Shown here in pieces: positions 58,817-64,000 of a stretch of 64,000 nt of DNA. Numbering within the stretch: position 1 is the first letter of the stretch; each line of letters starts with the position of its first letter. This DNA comes from Gammaproteobacteria bacterium (GTDB lineage Bacteria; Pseudomonadota; Gammaproteobacteria; Arenicellales; JAJDZL01): contig JAKZRU010000058.1 of assembly GCA_047517965.1 (NCBI GenBank), forward strand, positions 4,512 through 68,511. Direction: 5' to 3'. A model generated the notes under the pieces. That model made no database searches, was not told the origin of the DNA, and saw only the letters and a list, made by a program, of their open reading frames with translations. A program made the translations under genes and the position numbers.

Positions 58817-59653
58817 CTAATGTCGGTACGAATTCCACAAGTCCTTTGTATAGTGCTCAAATGTGACATTCTGTCGGCAATGTTTGCAGACAAGTCCTCT
58901 TGAGCGTTTCTCACGTCCGATATGCCAATCGCACAGGAAACAGGAAACAATATATTTTGGTGGTGTAAAGTGGATGTTGTGCGTTCGGTTGCCACTACAT
59001 CCAATTTCCAACGCTTTGGCCTTCCAGACGGCGTCGTGCCCGTGATTGGGACCGACTAGTGCATGTGCAATTTCATGCAATAGCGTATCTGTGATTTCGG
59101 TGTCATCCGCTCTAAGGCAGAATTGCTGTGAAATTCTAATTATCTTGTCTGTGTACAAACAGACCCCACCTCTCTTTGTCGCATCATCATAAGTGAATCG
59201 CCAGTCGGTAAGCTGATGCTTCTGTAGTAGTTCGTCTGCTTGCTGGGCTACTGTATTCAGTCGTTGCATATTTTCAATTCCCAGCAGGTCAGGAGTTTCC
59301 TTTTCAAGCATTTCGTACGGCACATCGCAAATTTCCCCCGCGCATTCCAGTCGTGCGCGTTTGGGATTCATGCGAGTAATTGTGCCATTGTTAATTTTTC
59401 CGTTCGATGCATGGAAGAATACGGAATCGCCGACGCTAAATTTTGCTCGCTGCAACTGATTGTGTGTGTACACCCGCTTGGGTTTGACACCTTCCCTTGG
59501 TTTGAGAATGAGAAACGGTACGTCAAATTCGGTTCCGTCCTCGGAAACTACTATCGCTTTAGTACCATAGACTGATGCGATAAATCCTTTTTCCAAACCA
59601 CGCTGACTATAAAAGCGTACGGGATCGTAGATTTTCAATTTTAAGTTTGCCAT
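58817..59653 (-). CDS. SprT-like zinc metalloprotease with two N-terminal SH3/KOW-like repeats and a C-terminal zinc ribbon
   Basis: The SprT-like core is ATKRGGVCLYTDKIIRIS...DTLLHEIAHALVGPNHGHDAVW (HExxH plus a downstream His). The C-terminus has CFLC...CKHC (CxxC-N15-CxxC). Two repeats of about 45 aa end in DVPFLILK and DVPYEMLEK. Confidence 0.8.
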   Translation of the reverse strand: MANLKLKIYDPVRFYSQRGLEKGFIASVYGTKAIVVSEDGTEFDVPFLILKPREGVKPKRVYTHNQLQRAKFSVGDSVFFHASNGKINNGTITRMNPKRARLECAGEICDVPYEMLEKETPDLLGIENMQRLNTVAQQADELLQKHQLTDWRFTYDDATKRGGVCLYTDKIIRISQQFCLRADDTEITDTLLHEIAHALVGPNHGHDAVWKAKALEIGCSGNRTHNIHFTPPKYIVSCFLCDWHIGREKRSRGLVCKHCRQNVTFEHYTKDLWNSYRH

Positions 59654-60074
59654 GCAGCCACGAAATCTAGTGTGCGTAATTCAGGTGTCTGCTCCAAATA
59701 CTACCGGGGTTGCACTGTACAGTACAGGTGTGAAGAAATGTCTGCAAAAACAGGTAGTTCGAACCAAGAGTCGAAATTATTTGTGAATGCAGTGCACAAG
59801 GTTAGTCTGTCGCTTTAACCAAAACACCAATAATGATTGTATACACTATCTAATTTGTTCAGGCAATGAAAGCAGGTTGCATTCACTGCGGTAGGGGAGA
59901 ATTCTGAAACAGGATTGATACTCTTCAATGGGCTCATACAGTGGCCGATTTGCGTGCAAATTGCAGATAGTGAGACGGTTTCGTGTAATAATAAGACAAC
60001 TGTGACCATAGTAAAAACATTAGCTTTTACGAACCATACTGTCAATTTGAAATTTATTTGTCTGGAGAATAGGG

Positions 60075-60464
60075 ATGTCTGAAGAAACTACTGATCGAAG
60101 ACTTGAAGAGACGTTCGATCAGGCAACTGTCGAAAGAAGATTGGCCGAAGAATTGCCTCATTGGTATTACGAAAATGGTTGGATTCGTCGTAAATACAAA
60201 ACCATGGGCTGGAAAGGCACGCTAATGGTGATCAACGCGGTCGGCCATCTAGCTGAAGCGGCGTGGCACCATCCTGATATTTCCGCGTCGTATGCTTTTG
60301 TAATTGTAAAGTTGATGAATCATGCGGCGAAAGGCATTACTGAAAAAGATTTCGAGTTGGCTAAAAAGATTGAAGAATTTGTGCACTGGCAGCCGGGTCT
60401 TGAAGACAGTTCTTTGGAGGGTACGCCTGCCGATCAACGATTTCGCTACATTCGCTACGACTAA
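60075..60464 (+). CDS. 4a-hydroxytetrahydrobiopterin (pterin-4a-carbinolamine) dehydratase-like protein
   Basis: 129 aa with the core motif EAAWHHPDISASYAFVIVKLMNH (HHPD...) typical of the PCD/DCoH family. Confidence 0.8.
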   Translation: MSEETTDRRLEETFDQATVERRLAEELPHWYYENGWIRRKYKTMGWKGTLMVINAVGHLAEAAWHHPDISASYAFVIVKLMNHAAKGITEKDFELAKKIEEFVHWQPGLEDSSLEGTPADQRFRYIRYD

Positions 60465-60495
60465 TTTCTGAATCAGTTGATTACGAACCGCCCCA

Positions 60496-61800
60496 ATGGC
60501 CGACAGTACTGATGTCGTACTCAGTCTAGGATCCAATCTTGGCAACCGTCGAGACAATCTCTATACCGGGCTGAAGCACTTATCAAAAGCTGGCTATTCC
60601 ATTCAGCAAATTTCACCTGCTGTGGAGTCGCCAGCACAGTTGCCACCTAACTCACCGTCCGCGTGGAACCGGCCTTTTTTGAATGTAGTGGTGCGAGGGA
60701 AATGCGATCTGGGCATCGAAAAATTCTATCGGGTCAGTAAACGAATTCAAACCGATCTTGGCAAGGCGGTTGAAAACAAGTGGCAGCCGAGAAATCTGGA
60801 TATCGACATCGTTTTCTGGGGTAGTGTTGTCACTAAATTGAATGGCAAATTGATACCTGACTCAGCCATTTACTCCAGGCCTTACGTATTGTCACCGCTT
60901 GTTCATATGGCTCCGCAGTGGAAAATTCCGGACTCTGCGGGTGTAAGTGCATTGGATTTCAGTTGTACTTCCAAATCTGAATTCCATATCCCGTTGTGGA
61001 TGGGAATACTGAATATAACCCCGGATTCGTTTTCAGATGGAGGTAGATTCGCCCATCTCGAAAACATGCACGCCATAGTCGAAAATATGATTTCAAACGG
61101 TGTCAACATCATTGATATCGGTGCCGAATCGACACGCCCCAATGCAACACCGCTTACGACGGACGAGGAGTGGACTCGGCTGAAGCCGGCTTTGGAACTT
61201 GTTCAGGAAATAGTCAAAGAAGCCGTACTCCCCCCGCAAATTAGTGTGGATACTTATCATTCAGCAACAGCTGAAAAATGTCTTGAACTAAATGTTGACA
61301 TGATTAACGATGTGAGCGGCTTGCGATCAAAGGGTATGATGGCGCTTGCCCGGTCCTGCGATAAGACTTTCATTGCCATGCATAGCGTTACGGTTCCAGT
61401 CGATCCCAAAATCAGTATTGATCCTGCTGCCGATGCTTGTGCTGTGTTCGAAAACTGGATTCGAGAGGGACGGGAACTATGGGATGCGCACGGATTAGAT
61501 TTACATCAAATTATTGTGGATCCAGGCGTTGGGTTCGGAAAAAGTAGTCTTCAGTCTCTGGATCTCATGCGTTCGACAAAACGATTTCGGAAACTTGGAC
61601 ATCGATTAATGGTGGGACATTCCAGAAAGCGATTTCTTCGCTCCTTCTCTGATCACGCAAGTGCAGATCTTGATATTGAGACGATCGGTGCATCACTGCA
61701 GATGTGTTCGCAATCTGTTGATATTCTTCGTGTCCATGATGTGGAGGCTCACACTAGGGCATATCAGAGTTGGGCACATCTGCTTAAAAATCGAGCCTAG
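60496..61800 (+). CDS. Bifunctional HPPK (FolK) / dihydropteroate synthase (FolP) fusion
   Basis: The N-terminal part has LSLGSNLGNR, SPAVESPA and PRNLDIDIVFWG (HPPK). The C-terminal part has MGILNITPDSFSDGG, IIDIGAESTRP, ISVDTYH, INDVSG, VDPGVGFGK and GHSRKRF (canonical DHPS motifs). Confidence 0.85.
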   Translation: MADSTDVVLSLGSNLGNRRDNLYTGLKHLSKAGYSIQQISPAVESPAQLPPNSPSAWNRPFLNVVVRGKCDLGIEKFYRVSKRIQTDLGKAVENKWQPRNLDIDIVFWGSVVTKLNGKLIPDSAIYSRPYVLSPLVHMAPQWKIPDSAGVSALDFSCTSKSEFHIPLWMGILNITPDSFSDGGRFAHLENMHAIVENMISNGVNIIDIGAESTRPNATPLTTDEEWTRLKPALELVQEIVKEAVLPPQISVDTYHSATAEKCLELNVDMINDVSGLRSKGMMALARSCDKTFIAMHSVTVPVDPKISIDPAADACAVFENWIREGRELWDAHGLDLHQIIVDPGVGFGKSSLQSLDLMRSTKRFRKLGHRLMVGHSRKRFLRSFSDHASADLDIETIGASLQMCSQSVDILRVHDVEAHTRAYQSWAHLLKNRA

Positions 61801-61825
61801 CGCACTTGCGCTACACTCGCAATAG

Positions 61826-62386
61826 TCAACCTGATTGTCTGCGAAATTCGGTTATTGCTTCAACAATCCACTGCCAGGCTTCGAGCTCCTTATCACCGGC
61901 CGTCTTTTCGATTGCTATCGCCAGATACTCCATTTCAGAATCGATTTTTTCTGCCGAAAGCATGTGGAGCCGACTCACCAATATTGACGCTTCGATTACA
62001 GCTGCTTGTGCCCGGTTGAATCCTGGAAAAGGCTTTATGAGAGTGCTGCACACTTCTGAAAGATAGATTTTTGGACGCAGCGAATCGTCGACTTGTCTGA
62101 CAACTTTTAGCTCCCGATAAGACAGAGCGGCTTCAAGCGCGTGGCCATTCACCTCAGAAGTGGAATACGTCGGCCAGTTGGTTTTGCCCGTCAAACACCC
62201 CGCATATACGCGAACGTCATCGGTTATGTTCACAACTGCCGTACCGCTGGTTTGCAGATTGTTGAGTGTTTGGGAAGGCTTGAAAGGTGCAATGACAACC
62301 CATTCCCCTTCCTGTCGAATTCCCATCGGTGCGATATGAACTGCGTTCATTTCGTCGACCGTAGTTACGACGACTTCGTAGATCAT
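61826..62386 (-). CDS. DUF447-family protein (H4MPT-island associated)
   Basis: 186 aa whose N-terminus (MIYEVVVTTVDEMNAVHIAPMGIR) fits my memory of DUF447. It has a 4-nt overlap with the upstream DHPS-like gene, the pairing known from methylotroph and archaeal methanopterin loci. Confidence 0.6.
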   Translation of the reverse strand: MIYEVVVTTVDEMNAVHIAPMGIRQEGEWVVIAPFKPSQTLNNLQTSGTAVVNITDDVRVYAGCLTGKTNWPTYSTSEVNGHALEAALSYRELKVVRQVDDSLRPKIYLSEVCSTLIKPFPGFNRAQAAVIEASILVSRLHMLSAEKIDSEMEYLAIAIEKTAGDKELEAWQWIVEAITEFRRQSG

Positions 62387-63783
62387 TTTTTCTTCATTTT
62401 CTTTGATTGTTTCAACGTTGTACCTTCCTCCTGATATTCTTCATCCGGAGAGCTCACTGGTGTGATGCAACCCCAGCTCAGAGGGCGATCCTGAACATAT
62501 CGCTTTCCAAGCAGCCAGGCAATTTGCGCTTTGGCAAGTTCCATACCAAGATAGAACGCATGCGATCCATCTTGTTCGACTTTCAGATTCGGAAAGAGCT
62601 GATATGGGTCCACTGATTCATACATTCCATCTCGATTGAAGATGTGAACGCCTTTGTTACTGACCTGAATTCGGAAACTTGGATCGCGAATCATGTTTGC
62701 CAGTTGCCGAATTTCATCGACTGAATCAGGAAACGGTTTTTTTTCGTGCAGAGCCAGCAGTCCTGCATCATAACCTCTTGGCAAACTTGAGTCACTCTTG
62801 GCTGCATACATGATTCGACGAGCGCGGTCTGCCTCTGCAACTGCTGTTTTAGCGTGCCCGCTCACTTCGGTAGTCAGTATTGCACCGGCATTGAGTTCGG
62901 AGGCAATGCCCATCATAATTGCGGTAATTCCCATAGTGTCTGCGTCGGTAAGCTCAGTGATGTTTCCAGTGCCGATCATGATTTTGGTATCTGGGTATCG
63001 ATGGCGTAGTTCGTAGTATTGCGTAATGGACTTGGTGAATCCAAAATGGATTGGATTCAAGATTGGGTCGGCAAGAAATTCGCGTCCTTTGTCTGTCATT
63101 GCGTCAATGGCTCTGTACAAAGAATTGAAATCTGATTCACCATCAGGAATCAATACGGGAGTGCTTTCTACTTCTTCTGCGATCCAAAGTGATCGCTCAG
63201 ACAGACTGAGAAGGTAGTCAGCACCTGCTCGGCCACCACGCAGAAGATCATCGTCGTCAAGAGAATCAATGCTTGTTTTAAATCTGTTACGTTTGAGATC
63301 CTGAATGGTTTCTTCAAGATGCGGAAATTCCTGTCCCGGCAGGCAGCCGATGTCAATTACATCCGCCCCCGAATTTCGGTAATCCTGTGCGATTTCAATG
63401 ATTTGATCCACACGCATATTGGGAGCATCGACTATTTCGGCGAAGATTGAGACCGAATAGTTTTCTAAATCTACCTTTCTGGAAGCGGATCCAAAAAATT
63501 CGGGTAAATCTTTGAGATCTATCGGCCCCTTGAGAACTTCTACACCGAAATGTCCTGAAAGACTCTCCGTGTTTCCAGCACAAAGCCCTGGCAGCATGAT
63601 GCGATCAAATTTGTCTACGCCTTTCAGTCGCCGTTTGACCATCTCCGCGGTGATCAGCGCTGCCACGCTGACACCGATTTGATGGATTTCACAGGAAAAA
63701 TCTCTCGATTCGATGTGATCAAGCGTTCGTTTCAGGCTGGCTTCCGCCAAACGCCCCGTCACGAAAAGGATTCTTTCAGACAT
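62383..63783 (-). CDS. Archaeal-type dihydropteroate synthase-like protein (methanopterin biosynthesis type)
   Basis: 466 aa. The N-terminal domain (ILFVTGRLAE...) is followed by a pterin-binding TIM-barrel-like region (GADVIDIGC, SIDSL, DPILNPIHFGF, IGTGNITELTDADTMG). Assigned by motif memory and synteny only. Confidence 0.7.
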   Translation of the reverse strand: MSERILFVTGRLAEASLKRTLDHIESRDFSCEIHQIGVSVAALITAEMVKRRLKGVDKFDRIMLPGLCAGNTESLSGHFGVEVLKGPIDLKDLPEFFGSASRKVDLENYSVSIFAEIVDAPNMRVDQIIEIAQDYRNSGADVIDIGCLPGQEFPHLEETIQDLKRNRFKTSIDSLDDDDLLRGGRAGADYLLSLSERSLWIAEEVESTPVLIPDGESDFNSLYRAIDAMTDKGREFLADPILNPIHFGFTKSITQYYELRHRYPDTKIMIGTGNITELTDADTMGITAIMMGIASELNAGAILTTEVSGHAKTAVAEADRARRIMYAAKSDSSLPRGYDAGLLALHEKKPFPDSVDEIRQLANMIRDPSFRIQVSNKGVHIFNRDGMYESVDPYQLFPNLKVEQDGSHAFYLGMELAKAQIAWLLGKRYVQDRPLSWGCITPVSSPDEEYQEEGTTLKQSKKMKKK

Positions 63784-64000
63784 TGCATTCGTTGTAGAAC
63801 TGTGGCTCGCAGTTCCTTCATGTCGGTCGTCAAAGTAGTATTCTCGAATTCACCGATTTTTCTAGTGCACTCGAGATCGATTTCTCTGGGATAGACTGTC
63901 ACCATTTTCCCTGGAGCCGGCGTGACTACGACTGGTTCCGTATCGCAGGCATAGACGATTATCGGAATTCGGCACTTTCCTGCCTGAGCGAATACATTTG
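63759..64000 (-). CDS. Partial CDS (C-terminal 79 codons; N-terminus beyond the window), function unknown; possibly an AfpA/DmrB-like flavoprotein by synteny
   Basis: My manual minus-strand translation is open from 63998 to the TGA at 63761-63759: NVFAQAGKCRIPIIVYACDTEPVVVTPAPGKMVTVYPREIDLECTRKIGEFENTTLTTDMKELRATVLQRMQCLKESFS. It overlaps the next gene by 25 nt and is not in the supplied ORF track. Confidence 0.4.
   Translation of the reverse strand, partial: NVFAQAGKCRIPIIVYACDTEPVVVTPAPGKMVTVYPREIDLECTRKIGEFENTTLTTDMKELRATVLQRMQCLKESFS

Noticed and set aside
59713-59730. Possible LexA/SOS box (CTGT...ACAG) upstream of the SprT-like gene
   Set aside because: The spacing is CTGT-N5-ACAG, not the CTGT-N8-ACAG of beta/gammaproteobacterial LexA boxes. 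I keep it only as an unexplained palindrome within the spacer finding.
1-64000. Search for CRISPR arrays, tRNA/rRNA genes, IS elements, integrases, reverse transcriptases and phage genes
   Set aside because: I saw no regularly spaced repeats, no cloverleaf-compatible sequences in the intergenic regions and no ORFs with transposase, integrase or RT motifs. This absence rests on visual inspection only and should be confirmed with tRNAscan, Infernal and ISfinder-type tools.

Overview
This is a gene-dense 64-kb chromosomal segment from a Gram-negative proteobacterium with about 58 protein-coding genes on both strands. Every call below comes from reading the supplied translations and the DNA by eye (motifs, gene order, overlaps). 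No database or HMM search was run. I found no rRNA, tRNA, CRISPR array, transposase, integrase or phage gene.

Content from left to right:
- rsmB (5' end outside the window), a DUF4390-like gene, an NtrY/NtrX-like two-component pair, and trkA-trkH.
- A small Phd/VapC toxin-antitoxin islet.
- Two LpxL-family acyltransferases, a DUF2064/GT2 pair and argG.
- An orphan DUF4143 AAA+ ATPase islet bounded by a short relic of argG.
- A hydrolase, gltA, MATE and MFS transporters, and a DUF3179 gene.
- A membrane protein, a rhomboid protease and a periplasmic thioredoxin-domain protein in one apparent operon.
- SDR, EamA, MscS, a hydrolase and metY.
- A BrnT/BrnA module whose toxin gene carries an in-frame stop.
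- MFS, a 3-hydroxyacyl-CoA dehydrogenase, coq7 and glcDEF.
- VOC and EEP genes, an RND efflux pair, a GT1 glycosyltransferase and a Rieske ferredoxin.
- yicC-gmk, a FAD oxidoreductase and a DegP/Q protease.
- An OmpR-type two-component system that runs directly into a tetrahydromethanopterin (H4MPT)-linked C1 island. That island holds a CitG-like gene, fae, a pterin dehydratase, a FolK-FolP fusion, DUF447, an archaeal-type DHPS-like gene and one partial gene. It implies a methylotrophic or formaldehyde-oxidising host.

The most intriguing observation is a 278-aa SprT-like zinc metalloprotease with two N-terminal SH3-like repeats and a C-terminal zinc ribbon. It is inserted convergently next to fae, in the middle of the formaldehyde-handling island. 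That placement suggests a formaldehyde-linked DNA-protein crosslink or adduct repair role, which is a hypothesis only.

Other points worth a second look:
- The nonsense-interrupted brnT.
- The argG relic and ATPase islet.
- The rSAM-less TIGR04282/TIGR04283-type transferase pair, operonic with lipid A acyltransferases.
- The thioredoxin-domain/DsbD-N-like fusion protein.
- The degenerate AAA+ module of the NtrX-like regulator.

I could not demonstrate a clear-cut novel multi-gene system such as a defence system.
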